DNA of 64,000 nucleotides. It comes from Vicugna vicugna (taxonomy: Eukaryota). The notes under the pieces are model-generated. The model worked only from the letters and a program-made list of their open reading frames with translations, made no database searches and was not told the DNA's origin. Position numbers and translations under genes: made by a program. The stretch covers positions 124,001-188,000 of the forward strand of contig MU060887.1 in NCBI GenBank assembly GCA_013265495.1, read 5' to 3'. Positions 1 to 21,068 of the stretch are shown one piece after another. Positions within the stretch are counted from its first letter, which is position 1. The number at the start of each line of letters is the position of its first letter.

Positions 1-249
1 TGGGGTGGAAAGCAATCCCATCAGGCCTCCTGATTCTCAAAGCGAGTTCCAAACAGCAGTTTGTCCCCTCTTTATTCTAGCCCCATCCATGTATGAGTGG
101 GCCACGCCCCCTTGGCTGTGGCCCCGCCTCTCAAAGTGTTTGGTTACCGAATCAGCCCAACCTCTCTCCAGGCCGATTCCGCCTTCTTCTGGGCTGGCCC
201 CGCCCCTCAGATATGGCTCCTCCTTTCCGCCCCATCCCCTTTCCAATCA

Positions 250-2648
<2,399 letters not shown>

Positions 2649-2807
2649 TGCACCCTTGGCCATGAGCTGAGGGCTGGGCTCCTAGGGGAAGAGGGTACCA
2701 GAGTGAGTGATTCCTCTCCCAACCCCCAGAGACCAGCACAGGGCCCCATATAGGACTCCTGAGTTGGCCTCTCAGTGTGTTTGCGCAAATGAAACAGGAG
2801 TCTTTAT

Positions 2808-2920
2808 TTGAAAAATATTTCTTGAGCACTTACTGTATGACAGGTCCTGTGCAAGGCATGGGGGACACAGCTGTGAATGAGACAAAAATTCCTGCCCCTT
2901 TGGGACTAGTATTTCAAGAA
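2808..2920 (-). mobile_element. L2 3'-end fragment
   Basis: ATTTCTTGAGCACTTACTGTATG..GGGGACACAGCTGTGAATGAGACA..CCTGCCC. Confidence 0.6.
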
Positions 2921-5049
2921 GGGAAGCAGAAGTCTGGACCCTTTTCTGAGAGCACTAGGGAGAGGGGGCATCACCTTCCAGCCAGTTCTGTGTCCACAGG
3001 CTAAGGTGAATAAAAAAGATTGGGTAGGGCTGGGGGTGGAAAGATTCAGGTGAGGGTTTCAAAAGCCCTTTGGTGGGGACTCCAACAAAGGAGAAATGAG
3101 GAATGTTCTAGGTTCTTTCTAGGATCTCTAATAGCAGAAAGCCCCAGGTTCGAATCTCAGCTTTGCCATTTATAACCTTGACAAATGACCTTCCAATAGT
3201 CCACGCTTTCTAGAGGATTCTGTGAGACGATGAATGGTGACTAAGGTCCTAGGAACAGGAGTTATTGTGGATGGGCATCCTGCATGACAGAAGATAGGCT
3301 AAAGGGACTCCACACTCCCATGTACAGAGGACATGGTCGGGGTCCTGCCCTCCTGAGCCTGGGTGACCAGAAATCCATGCCAGGTTTTCCCTCTGTCTTT
3401 GCAGGATCCACTTGAATGAGCCGCCCCCTTGGACCAGCCGGCTAGGCTAGGCGACCGCAATGGCCCAATCAAAAGCAAAACTGGATTTTCTGGCCACGGA
3501 GCCCGGGACTCCAGACTTGGGTACACTAGGCCTCCAAAGGTGAGCCCCAGGGGGACCCTTAAGTGCCGTCTAGAAAAGTCCTTGAATCTAGCCCCATCTG
3601 CTAACGTCCCTAAACATTCTAGGGTCGAAGAAAAGGTCGATGTGGAGCAGTAGAGGATTTAGATCCTTGGCGTCAGTGTAAACAGACACCTCCTCCATCC
3701 CAGGTGCAGAGCCACTTTGCCCAACGGATTCTGCCTCTCCTCAGGATTAATGGACCGCCCTCTAGACAGGGCATTTGAATTTAGGTTGTTCTAAGGTCCC
3801 AACTGCACACAGGGTACCCTTGGGCGCTCCATGGTTTTGGGACAGCTCCTAAGGAGTTGCACCAGTGTGTGAGACTCTAAGCAGGCAGCGAAGTGGTTAA
3901 CCCTGCCAAAACGGAAGAGGTTTGGGCAGGACTTTGGAGGGGTAGCTCGGCCTAGAAGAAACTTGGGGATGGGTGGGTGGTGAGTGGGAGGATCTGAGGC
4001 TAGGGGAGGGGTCTTGCGCTGGAGGCCGAAGTCCCGCGTGGCGCTGAGCCAATGGGAGTCGGCGTCGGCCAGGGGGGCGGGGACACACCCCATGCAGGCT
4101 CCGCCCCTTTCCGCCCTCTTCTGGGGACCCGACGGCGCGGACCCAATCTGGCTTCAGCACTTGCTCTGGCCTTGTCGCAGCTCTCTCCCTTTTATCAGGA
4201 CCCATTCTCCTAACCCAGCCCTGGGAAGGGGGAGAAACCAAGGAAGACCTGAAGAGCTCATCAGGGCTCTGGTTAAAAGCAAATTAGCTTTCCACCTCAG
4301 GTCTGGCTCCAGCATCATCCATATGCCTGGGAAGTGCTTTCTGCTGTCTGAAATTTCTGGACGAGGCCCTGGGTGAGGGTTTGAATCCTTTCCTTCTCTT
4401 CCCAAGCTCCAGACTAGGGATGTAGCCTGAGACCGGGCCCACTCTAGGCTTTACATAAACGCCTCCAGATTACCTAGTTCGGGACTGGGCTTCAAGGAAG
4501 CATAGAAGAACCAGTTGCCAGGCAGGACTCAGAGTGAAGCTTTGATCAATTTCCTCTCAGGGGTCAGTTTGGTGGCAACAGCCAACCCTCGTATTAACCC
4601 TTAAAAGTGCATGCTGCAGGCAGAAGAGAACTCTTCTCGGCTTCAGAATTCCCACCCATCTAGGAGGTGGGAGTTCCTGACGCCTGGATTTGTCCCCGCC
4701 TTTCCCACGCTCCACAACAAACCTCAGTATCCCACTCTGTGCAGTGGACCCATGCCTCTCGCGCCTGCGCAGCATGGAGACCAACATCTTCTAAGGCTGC
4801 AAGGAGCTAAAAATCGCTTCCGCCCACCTACAAGCTGGGCTGGACTTGAGGATCGCGGAGTGGGGGCGGGGGGAGTGTTGTAGTGGAGGGGGGTGGAATG
4901 AAGAGTGAGGAGGGAGGCTGTCTAGGTGACTGTCCAATTAGGTCAGTAGGAAGAATCCTGGTGGCCGAGCAGGTGCGTGGAGGTCGCAGGGGGTCTTCAT
5001 GCTTCAGAAAGGGACTCCTGGGGTTGTGAGGGGCAAGGCTGCGGCAGAA

Positions 5050-5800
5050 ACATGTTTACCGCTGCTGCGGCGCCGACAGCCCCGAGGGGCGCGAGCCCTG
5101 GGACAATAACTTTGCTCTGCGCCCCTTCAGCCTAGCCGGGAGCCAGGGCAAAGACCTCACACCAGCCCCCTTCCTCTCTGGCAGGCCAGGAGCCCCTCGG
5201 GCTATCCTCGAGGGGGAGCGCTAGGCTACATCCCCTCTGTCAGATCCCTGGATCTCCGGGCGGCGCCTGAGGGGCGGGGTCCCCAGCGCGGCGGGACGCG
5301 TGGCCACTGTGTTCCCCGCCGGTAGCGTCCTGAAGCCTTGCGAGTGGGCGCCTGGGCCGACCCTGGCGTAAGTTCTCCCGCCTCCTGCCCGGCCCCGCCC
5401 CAGGGTGCCAACCTCTTACCCTCCACCCGAGACCGGGGCCGCCGCGTACCTGCATCCTCCGGCGACGAATCAGGCCCGAATCGTCCATGGCGGCGGCGGC
5501 AGCGGCTTCGGCCCGGGGGAGGGAGGTGGAAGGCGGCGGCAGCGGCGACGGCGGGAGGAGGGAGGAGGGAGGGAGTGAGAAGCTGCGGGGACCGCGGCGG
5601 CGGCGGCGGCGGCGGCTGAGGGGGGGTGGCGGGGGCGGAGCGAAGTGGGGCGGACCCGGCGCCGTCACTGCGTCTGGGCACCCGAGCTTGGCCTCGGCCA
5701 AGGCTGCCCGCGCTGGGGGGAGGGGACATGCGGGGGGAGGAGCCTCCAGGTACCCCCAGGGAAGCCAAGCTACAGAGAGACCCCTTTAAGAAGAGACACG
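5050..5800. promoter_or_regulatory. CpG island / distal MAST1 promoter
   Basis: CpG-dense, GGC triplet runs and GC boxes around the alternative first exon. Confidence 0.75.
5450..5488 (-). CDS. MAST1: MAST1 alternative distal first coding exon (MDDSGLIRRRRMQ)
   Basis: ATG in GCCATGG context, 13 codons, CAG|GTACGC donor, inside a CpG island. Resembles the MAST3 start MDESSLLRRRGLQ. Confidence 0.85.
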
Positions 5801-6354
5801 CCAGGGGAGAGACATGCTCCTGGGTAGACTCCTAACCCAAGAAACACGCCAGGGGAGACATTCTCTGTAAGATATATTCCCTGTGCGGACACACACCCAC
5901 TCCAGTGACCCCCTCAGAGACACATTCCCACAGGGAGGTAGTCTCGACGGGGAGGCCCTCTCCAATCAGGAACTCTCCTCTCACCCTGAAAATCATTCCT
6001 AAAACAGTCTCTGAGAAGTGATGCTTCTAGTCAAAAGCCTACCCTCCAAAGAAGACATAACTTCGCAGAGAAAGATCCCCATGTGTAACATTCCACGTGG
6101 GGAGCCTATTAAGTGTAACCCCAATGAAAGACCCCATAAAAGCCATATTCTTTATGGGAAATTGTCCCCACCCACAAGACCCCACATCCCAAGAGATACG
6201 TTCTTACAGAGTGACATTTGCACTGAGGAGACTCAACCGCACGGGAGATGCCTCTTCAGAAAAACATTTACATGTATATATCGCTCCCCCTTCCGAAGCA
6301 GAGCCTCCCCAGGGAACCCTGCTAGCTTCCTAGCGGTCCTCTCCCTCATCGTCA

Positions 6355-6402
6355 GGATTAATAAGCCAGACCAGGCTGGGCTGTATTTATAGGAACGATT
6401 AG
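6355..6402 (+). promoter_or_regulatory. Candidate photoreceptor-type promoter of RTBDN (CRX/OTX sites + TATA-like)
   Basis: GGATTA 6355-6360, TAAGCC 6362-6367, TATTTATA 6384-6391, GATTAG 6397-6402. Confidence 0.5.
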
Positions 6403-6864
6403 CTAGTAGTTGGAGAGGGGGGCAGCCGAAGCGATTTTCACCACTCCCCCTCCAGTGTTCCTACTCTGAGGCCAAGTCAACTATGCTTCCCAGAGTTGGA
6501 GTGGAAAGCTTCGGAGACCTCCCCACTCCAATCCAGGCATTGGAGGGCATGGTGTGGTGGGCCTTCCCAAGGGCCTCAGCCCATAACTGTCCCAAAGGCC
6601 ATAGAGGGTGAGGTCACTGGGCAGTAGCAAGCCCTGCCGGCCAACAGGACCGACCGCGAGGTCTAAGCCCGGGTGTTTCCCAGGTGCCTCTCGACTCATC
6701 TCTGCGCCTTTGCCTGTTATCTCTGTCTGTTTCTGTCTTCCTCGGCATGTTCGTGTTGCCCCTTGCCGAGTCTGTTCCTCTCACTTCTCTGTCCCAGGCC
6801 AGGGCACCGCTCTTGCCTCCCCTTCTCACGCTCACGGCCACCCCTTCTCAAGCCGGCCGCCGTG

Positions 6865-6885
6865 GGAGCTCTCCGTGGTGCTGAT
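6865..6885 (-). promoter_or_regulatory. RE1/NRSE (REST-binding) element
   Basis: Minus strand ATCAGCACCACGGAGAGCTCC, 18/21 identical to consensus TTCAGCACCACGGACAGCGCC with canonical spacing. Confidence 0.8.
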
Positions 6886-7269
6886 CTCGAGCCCTGCTGA
6901 CCGTAGCGCGAAAATACGAGCTCAGGGTCAGGGGAGAGTAGATCAGGGGAAGAAAAATGTTGTCATGAGGCACAGCCCAGAGGCTGGACAGATCTGACCC
7001 ATGAGCACCCTGGACTAGCCCAAGATGAACCGGGGGAAGGCTAGGACCACTTGGTCTTGGTTGCTGAAGCCTCCAGGACATCAGTGGGTGCCTGCAGAGG
7101 GGTCAGGAGACAATGCCTCCTGATTCGTTTACTCAACAAGTATTGAGCACCTACTGTGTGAAAACCAGTGTTCTGGCATCTGGGAGCATACGTCGGTAAA
7201 AAAGATAGACAAAAACTCTGCACTAGTCCCAGAGGAGAGGGAGAGAGATTTGTGGTAACGGTCACTGCT

Positions 7270-8410
7270 CACTAAAACACGTATGGACAGTCTACAAGCA
7301 CAGGCACACATACACACTCTGCAAACATACACACAAACAGAATCATACCAACACATGCTCAACAGACTCATATACACCTATTCACACACTCGGCAAACAC
7401 ATACTCCACAAAACACACATTCTACAAATACACACACATACAAATACATACTCAGCAAACGCAAATTCACATACAAACACATGTAAACATTTGCAAATAT
7501 GCACTTAGCACACGCGGAGAGCCCTCTGCAAACACATGAAGAAGAATACAAACACAGATTCAGCAAACACACAAACACATATACTAGTAAACTCACATTC
7601 TGCAAATACATATGCAAACACATACTTAGAAAACACAGACATAAACACACTTAGAAAATACAGGCACACAAAAATAATACTACAAACACTCAACAAACAC
7701 AAGCACACACACACCATCCCCAAACCAAGGGAAGCTCAGCTACACACAAACTCTCATCCAAAATACAAACATGGACACACATACACACCGGAGGGATGTT
7801 TTTCTTATTGGACTTTCCCACTAGACTGTCAATTCTGTGAGGGTTGAGATTTCCATGTCTTAGCCACTACACTGCATCCCCAGAACCTGGCACACAATAG
7901 GTGCTCAATAAATGTTTCTCAAATGAATTGAGGGAATGTTTGCGTAAGACACACATTCACAGAAACTGCAAAGGAACAGACACACACATTCATATACGTT
8001 TCAGAAGGAGACACACACCCTCTCCAAACATGACAACACCTCTTTGTCCGCTCATTGTGAACATTGATGGTCAACAACCCTTATCCACTGACCTATCCAC
8101 AATACTTTTGCAGGACACCCATCCTCATCGTACATCCTCCTTCCCTGTGTTATCTGACTCTTACTCAAATGGACACACTTGGCTGAGAACACGTGCAGAC
8201 CTGTTTACCCAGATTTTGAACACACACACCACTCAAAAGACGCCCATAATCATACCCTCACAGAACAAACACACATACACACTCAGTACGTACACAGACA
8301 CACAAGCACAGCCTCATCCAATTACACACATCCACTCCCCACACATATACAGGTTTCAAGTCATAAATTCAACATAATGGCAAACACAAGGATATATAAA
8401 CACACCAGCC
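7270..8410 (+). repeat. Degenerate CA-rich low-complexity tract (with an embedded L2 piece)
   Basis: ACACACAAACA/CAAACACAT words. Confidence 0.65.
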
Positions 8411-9159
8411 AGATCCTCTGGCCTTAGGTCAGCTGGAGCAGAGGGCAGGGCGATGGGAAACCCCTCCCCTGCATCAAACCACGCCCCTTTCAGCTGTCAC
8501 TATTTCCTGGATTTGACCCTGAGGTGTTTCAGCAGCGCCCTAGACTCCAGTCCCGCTAACAGGTGAGGGGTGGCCAGAGCGGGCAGAGGTGGGGAGGGAA
8601 CTGCTTTGTTTCCACAGACCTCCATTGTCCCCTGCCCTGGGGCCTTTGGACCCCAGCGGCAGAACCCGAATCCTGCCACAGCTAAGCTTGGCTCCAAAGG
8701 TCCAGCCCTAGGTGGCAGTCCCTAAGCCGATTGTGGGCCGAGAGAAGGTGACCATGAGAGGGGCCAGTGAGGATCAAGAGGGAGGGAGGAGACTGGAGAG
8801 AAGAGAGAGAAGAATTACTGAACAGGGGGGGATTGGAATATCTGGGATGGTCCCCTTAGTTCGGAGAATGGAGCAGGGCGGGAGATCCTTCTTTGTGTTT
8901 CGGGGGAACCATGGTCAAACGGGGTGAGGGAACTTATGCCTGAAGGAATGCAGGGGATATGGTTTGATGGTGGGGGGTGCTCCTGGGTCAGAGACAGGCC
9001 TTGGTGGCCCCCTGGGATTTGAGAATCCTTGGCTATTGCCTCCTTATCAGCTTCCCATTCTCTGTTCTGCCTGGCACTGTCTCCTGGGTGTGCATCAGAA
9101 AGTTGCCACACTGAGCTACCAGAAAGGGACAGCTGAAGCTCACCCCATATCCTAGTTGA

Positions 9160-11544
<2,385 letters not shown>

Positions 11545-11761
11545 GGGGCGCGTGGCCTCGGATGGAAGATGCGCCCCTCCTCTTCACCCGACTCCCACCC
11601 CCGCCTCGCCCAGCCAATGGCACCCAGAGTTCCACTCCTCTCTCTCTGCCTTCTAGTTTCCAGAGTCCTATCCTTCCTCCTTGGGGCCCCAGAGACTCAC
11701 CCCTCCCCAGGTTATTTGAAAAATAACCCAATTGTAATTCATTTTTTCCCCTCTCGCCCTT

Positions 11762-11767
11762 AATAAA
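11762..11767 (+). terminator. RTBDN polyadenylation signal
   Basis: AATAAA about 220 nt after the stop codon. Confidence 0.75.
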
Positions 11768-12919
11768 GTCGTCAGAGCACGCAATGTAGCTACTTCTTGG
11801 GGAAAATAGGTGGGATGGATAGTTGCCAGAAACTGATAGTTGTCTTACGTCTAATCCTCAGCTCCTAAAGTTAGTAACTGATTCACACGAGCGTGTGAGT
11901 GATGGATAGCCTATATTCTGGAGTATTTGTCACAACTTGGAATATCCAGGTGACAAAAATGAGAAGAGGTCCAGAAAGAAGGACTAACAAGGGGAGCAGG
12001 TGTGCTCTCCCACTGTGTGCCACCAGTCCCACCAAGAAGCTTCCTAACTTGTACAGACCTCCAGACACCCTTAGAGACTTCCCCTCTGATTAAGCAGCCC
12101 CAATGGTGTCTGGCATAATGCCTTCTTCTTTCATTCCTCCCCTTATCCCAAATTCCATTCCTGGACCTAAAGCAAAGTATTGAACTTTTGGGTTGTAAGC
12201 ACTATACTTAACCCCCCTCCTTATCCAAAGGCCCTAGGAGAGCCTGTTTCCTCACGTAGAAAACAGGGGCAATAACCCTTTTAGTTCTGTTCAATAGAGC
12301 AAGATTGATGGCTGCCTCCTTTGTCCAGGCACTGTGCTAAAACAGATCCCTGCCCTCAGGGAAGATGAAACAGCATAAGAAGTATCCCATTGGGAGAGTA
12401 GCAGACAGGTATTTTCAGGAGCAAGAGACAAACTCAACTCAAAGTGCCTTTAGCCAAGACAGTAATAAGCTTCAGGAATGGCTGTACCTAGGTTCTTAAA
12501 TGATATCAGGAATCTACCTGTATTTTTTCCTTGGCTCTAGTCTGGGACAGGATCTCCCCACAGTAGCAAAGATAGACCAGCAACTCCATGATTCTAGTGA
12601 TTAAAATGGGCTTATTTCTCCATAAAACCAGCCAAGTTTCTAGGGCTGGCTCTCACTGACCCAGCCTCCTCTAAGCCCAGCACCAGTAATTGACTCAAGG
12701 GGGATGTTGTGCTCTCACTGGCCTGATCTGGATTACGCTTGTACCTGAAGGCCCCTGGTGGGGTGAGTTCCAACTGAACCACATGGACCGATGATGGGGG
12801 TGTCCCCTCCAAAAGAAAGTCAGGTGCTGGAACCAGAAGGGGAAGGTGCTGACCAGGGAATGTAGAGACACTGACCACAGAAATTGGTGGTCATGACTGA
12901 CTCTGTAGTACATCTACCT

Positions 12920-13075
12920 GGATTCACATGCCAGTTCTATTTACTCATTCTGTAACTTTGGGCATGTTGCCCAGCACTTACGAGCATCAGCTTCATCTGT
13001 AAAATGGGGATAATTGTTCCTCTCATGGGGTTGTTGGGAGAATTAAACGAGTTAACGCAAGTTGTTGTGATTATG
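12920..13075 (+). mobile_element. MIR SINE
   Basis: CTGTAACTTTGGGCA..TTCATCTGTAAAATGGGGATAAT..GGTTGTTGGGAGAATTAAACGAG. Confidence 0.7.
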
Positions 13076-13079
13076 CATC

Positions 13080-13490
13080 CCTGTGTAACAACTTCCAGCT
13101 TAGTGGGGCTTTTTTGTAAAACAACAATCATTATCTTTCACAGTTCTGGAGTTTGTCTGGGCTTAGCTGGGTGGTTCTCCCTCAAGGTCTCTCATGCAAC
13201 TGCAGGTAGTAGCTGGGGCTGGAGTCACCTTGAAGGCTTCCTCATTCACATATCTGGTGGTTGGTACCGGCTCTTGCCTTCAACCTCAGCTGTGGCTGTC
13301 AGCCAGAATAGCTACCCGTGGCCTATCCCAGCGGCTTGGGCTTCCTCATAGCGTGGCGTTTGGGTTCCCAAGGCAAGTGTGCCAAGAAAGAGAGCCAGGT
13401 GGAAGTTGTCTCACTTTTGACCACTTAGCCTTAGAAGTCACACAATGTCACCTCTGCTTTCTGTTCACTAATATGTGTCACTAAAGGCAG
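13080..13490 (-). mobile_element. Old MaLR (MLT1) LTR fragment
   Basis: TGTGTAACAA..ACAACAATCATT..ACAGTTCTGGAG..GGGGCTGGAGTCA..GAAGGCT pattern. Confidence 0.55.
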
Positions 13491-13639
13491 CTCCTACTCA
13501 AAAGGGAGGTGTCCTAGACTCCACCTCCTAATGGGAGGGATGTCAAATAAAATGCTCAGAAAATGCCTGGCATGTAATTAACACTCAATAAATGTAGGCA
13601 TCATCCATGATCACTGTTGTTGTTGATGATGTCACATAT

Positions 13640-14080
13640 GCACTGTTATTGTGACAAGGAGGATAAGCAGGCATTCAAGGAAGAGGAGTGAGATAAGCCT
13701 TTAAAGGGTCTCCAGGCAGAGGACCAAGCCACAGCAAAGGGCATTTCAAGCAGGCCTGAAGATTTCAGGTTCTGGGAACTCCCAGCTGCTTGGTGAGCCT
13801 GGAACAAAGCATGGGAGCTGGAGTCAAATCACAGAAGGCCTTGAATGCCAGGAGTAGGTGCTGTGAGCTGATGATAAGGGGTGTGACAGCCCCAGGTTTA
13901 AGCAGGGGAAGACCCATCAGACTGACACCCTTGCCTGCCACTTGCCAGCAGGTCAGGGCAGGGCTGAGACTGGAGGTGAGGGGCACCAGTGAGCACCTTG
14001 GGACAGGAACTGAAAGATGGGCAGAGGGGGTGAATGAGAGGGAATCAGAGGAATAACCCAGAAGGCTGTCCACTTGAAAC
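13640..14080 (-). mobile_element. L2 fragment
   Basis: AGGCAGAGGACCAAGCCACAGCAAAGG..GAAGGCCTTGAATGCCAGG..CTGAGACTGGAGG. Confidence 0.55.
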
Positions 14081-14851
14081 TTTCAGGTTGCTATCAACCT
14101 CATTTTAAACAAGACCCTGAGGATCTTTGGCAGGTTTGGTGTGGGACTCAAGCTCCTCATTTCTAACTCCCTGGTGAACTTGATGCTGCTGGCCTGGGAA
14201 CACCACTCAGAATAGCCAGGGATCCCTAGACATGTGTTAGAAGTATTCACCAGTTACACCAGCTGCAAGAAAAGAGGGGAACATTACCAATTCTTTCTTA
14301 TCTTACAAGTCAAATTCTATCAGCAGTCAGAAGGGTCTATAATTTCAAGATGAACTGTAATTCTAATAATTCTGAGGGAAAGAGGCAAGGCTGAGGTACT
14401 CCACATTCGTAGCATAGAAAAGGGCAGAACCACAAATGGAATTAGGTTCTGTAACGTTTTGCAACTACAATGATAACCACAGGCTGAGGTGTGAATAGAT
14501 ATTTTCAGGTGGAAAAATGGGGTAGTCAGAGCTCCTCTCCAAGGCCCGCCCTCATCACCTCCGCTCCAGGTCCTTCATGCAGCTGGGTCCTCTCATCCCG
14601 GGGTCTCTGAACTTGCTCTTCCCACTGTCTAGAACCCCCTTCACCCTCCTGTTTTCTGTTCTGCCCCCTCAACCATCAGATCTTGGCCACTCAGGTCCTC
14701 AGACCCTACAAGCCCCAGGCCAGAGCTGGCCTCTGCATGTGCACTCCAAGGGCCCTCTGGTCCTCAATGGGAAGTTTAGGACCCTTTCTGGCTGGTCAGC
14801 ACTGGCTTCCCCGTGTCCAGCACAGGACATGTACACAGTGCAGAGGTGCTC

Positions 14852-15412
14852 TGTTATGGGCTGAATCGTACCCCCTACTCCTGCTGCCAAAAAAAAAAAG
14901 AAATTTCATGTTGAAGCTCTAACCCCCAGTACCTCAGAATGTAACTATATTTAAAGATAAACCTTTAGAGTCAGTAAGTAAAATGAGGTCCTATGGGCGG
15001 GTCCTAATCCAACATGACTGGAGTCCTCACAGAGATTAGGACACAGACACACAAACAGAAGACCATGTGAAGACAGGAAGATGGCTATCTACAACCCAAG
15101 GAGAGAAGCCTCAGAAGAGACCAATGGGGTCAGCGTTGGGGGGGGGGGCAGATGGGACACACAGCTCAGTGGTAGAGCACATGCTTAGCACATCCTGGGT
15201 TCAATCCCCAGTACTCCATTAAAATAAATAAATTTAAAAAAATCTAGCTACCCACCCCCCATAAAAATATAAAGAAAAAAAAAGAAAGCAGTCCTGTTCT
15301 GACGCCTTCATCTTGGACTTTTAGCTTCCAGAACTGTGAGGAAATTAAGTTGTATTGTTTCAGTCCCCTAGTCTATGACACTTTCCTATGACAGCTTTGG
15401 CAGACTAATACA
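14852..15412 (+). mobile_element. MaLR (MLT1-type) solo LTR interrupted by a SINE
   Basis: TGTTATGGGCTGAAT start, CATGTTGAAGCTCTAACCCCCAGT.., CATCTTGGACTT..CAGAACTGTGAG.., ACTAATACA end. Confidence 0.8.
15137..15288 (+). mobile_element. tRNA-derived SINE (camelid-like), nested in the MaLR LTR
   Basis: Box A AGCTCAGTGGTAGAGC, box B GGGTTCAATCCC, A-rich tail; internal deletion means no cloverleaf. Confidence 0.75.
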
Positions 15413-15599
15413 TGCTCCATGAATAATACTCCCACAATGCCCTTGGCTTCTGCCATCAGAGCATTTATTTAAAAAAACAAAAGACATTCCCTCTTCCTTT
15501 CCAGTAAAATCCCTCTGTTCAAGTCAAGGTAGTGGGGGGTGGAGTCAAGGGATGGGGATGGGAGTCTCTCCCTCCCTCCCAGGTACCTATTTTTGGCTC

Positions 15600-15890
15600 T
15601 TTACGCAAGGTATTCCATTCCCCTTGCCAGGGATTGCTTCAGATGTAGATGTATCCTACTTTCAGCCAGGAAGAGACAGAGTGGCTGCTTGGAGATGAGG
15701 CCTTTGGAGGTTGGGATGTGATGTCTGGGGCTGTGGCAGCCATCTTGGGACCATGAGAGGCAAAAAACAAAAACAAAAAAAAAACCTTTAACTGGCAAAA
15801 TAGAAGATGGATTTAAAAAATGGTGTCTTTGATGTTGTTGAGCCACTTGACTTCCATACCTCTCATGGAGTGAGATAAACCTGTCCCAGT
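15600..15890 (+). mobile_element. Old MaLR (MLT1H/J-like) fragment
   Basis: GGGATGTGATG..GGCTGTGGCAGCCATCTTG..ACCATGAG..GATGTTGTTGAGCCAC. Confidence 0.5.
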
Positions 15891-15899
15891 GCTGGCAAG

Positions 15900-16310
15900 A
15901 CTGTGAAGGAAACAAGTGCTCACTTACATTGCTGGTGGGAGTGCCACTGAGTACAAGTCTCCACAGAGGGGAATTTGGAAATCTATCCCCAAATTACAAA
16001 CCACATAGACCTTCTAACCCAGCAATCCTACCTCTGGGAATTTATCCTACAGATTAAAGTGTGAAAAATAATGGCAAACCTGTCACTCCCTGCTGTACAC
16101 GTTTAACAGCAAGCTGGGGGACAACTCAATGTCTATTAAGAGATATTAAATAAACTATAGGACAGTCATGCCATGGAGGAATCTGCAGCTGTCATGGGAA
16201 TGAGGAAGGTTTTTAGACACCTATTTGGAATTATCTCCAAAATATACCCAGTGAAAGGAGTTATGTGCACAATCTAACGTATACTATTTCCATTTCTGTA
16301 AAAAAAAGAA
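15900..16310 (+). mobile_element. Ancient L1 (L1M) 3' fragment
   Basis: CATTGCTGGTGGGAGTG..GGGAATTTGG..CCCAGCAATCCTACCTCTGGGAATTTATCCTACAGA..AAATAAACTAT. Confidence 0.65.
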
Positions 16311-16384
16311 CCCTTCAGTTAAGATGTATCCATACGTACATTTGTAACATGCCAGGATAACTCCAGAAAGACCTAGAAGGTAGC

Positions 16385-16725
16385 TGCTATGGTCTGAGTA
16401 TTTGTGTCCCCATCCAAATTCTTATGTTGAAATCCTACCCCCATAGAAGATGGTGTTTCGAGCGGGGCCTGAAGGAGGTGATTAGGTCATGAGTGTGGGG
16501 CTCTCACGAGTAGGATTAGGGACCCCACAGAGATTCCCCACCCCTTCCACCATGTGAGAACAGAGCAAGTCGGCAGTCTGAGACCTGGAGGAGAGCCCTC
16601 ACCAAACCCCAATCATGTTCATAACCTGATCTTGGACTTCCAGCCTCCAAACTGAGCAGTAACTAGCTGTTGTTTACAAACCGCCAGGCTGTGGTATTTT
16701 GGTACAGCAGCCCCAAAAGGACAGA
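16385..16725 (+). mobile_element. MaLR (MLT1A/MST-type) solo LTR
   Basis: TGCTATGGTCTGA..CAAATTCTTATGTTGAAATCCTA..GATTAGGTCATGAG..ATCTTGGACTTCCAGCCTCC..ACAGCAGCCC. Confidence 0.75.
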
Positions 16726-16918
16726 CATCCCAGGAAGCCTACCACTGTGCTGAGAGTAGGATGGGAGGGAAGCTTCTCAACGTACTCCTTTCTAATTCTG
16801 CATTATACAAATATGTTGCACACTTTAAAAAGCAAATCAATCAATCAACCAGTGCCCATCCTTTATGTTCCAGAAGTCAGCAACTGGGTCCAGATGCAGA
16901 TGGAGCATATTCCCACCC

Positions 16919-20956
<4,038 letters not shown>

Positions 20957-21054
20957 CTAGCTCTCGACCAATCGGCGCGTGGGACAAGCCCCCAACGTTC
21001 CCGCCGCCGTTGACGTTTGCGCAGCCGCCGCCGGTGCCGCTGCCGTGCTGCTTC

Positions 21055-21068
21055 CTGGGAATTGTAGT
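21055..21068 (-). promoter_or_regulatory. ACTACAATTCCCAG (ZNF143/THAP11-type) motif in the RNASEH2A CpG promoter
   Basis: Exact ACTACAnnTCCCA motif about 190 nt upstream of the ATG, with CCAAT and ETS-like cores nearby. Confidence 0.6.

Noticed and set aside
8420-8565. Possible alternative RTBDN non-coding first exon (AGGTCA, KLF and E-box motifs; CAG|GTGAGG donor)
   Set aside because: Only short motifs and a donor; not supportable without transcript data.
15160-15215. tRNA-like A and B boxes
   Set aside because: The anticodon and variable region is truncated and an A-rich tail follows, so this is a SINE and not a tRNA gene.
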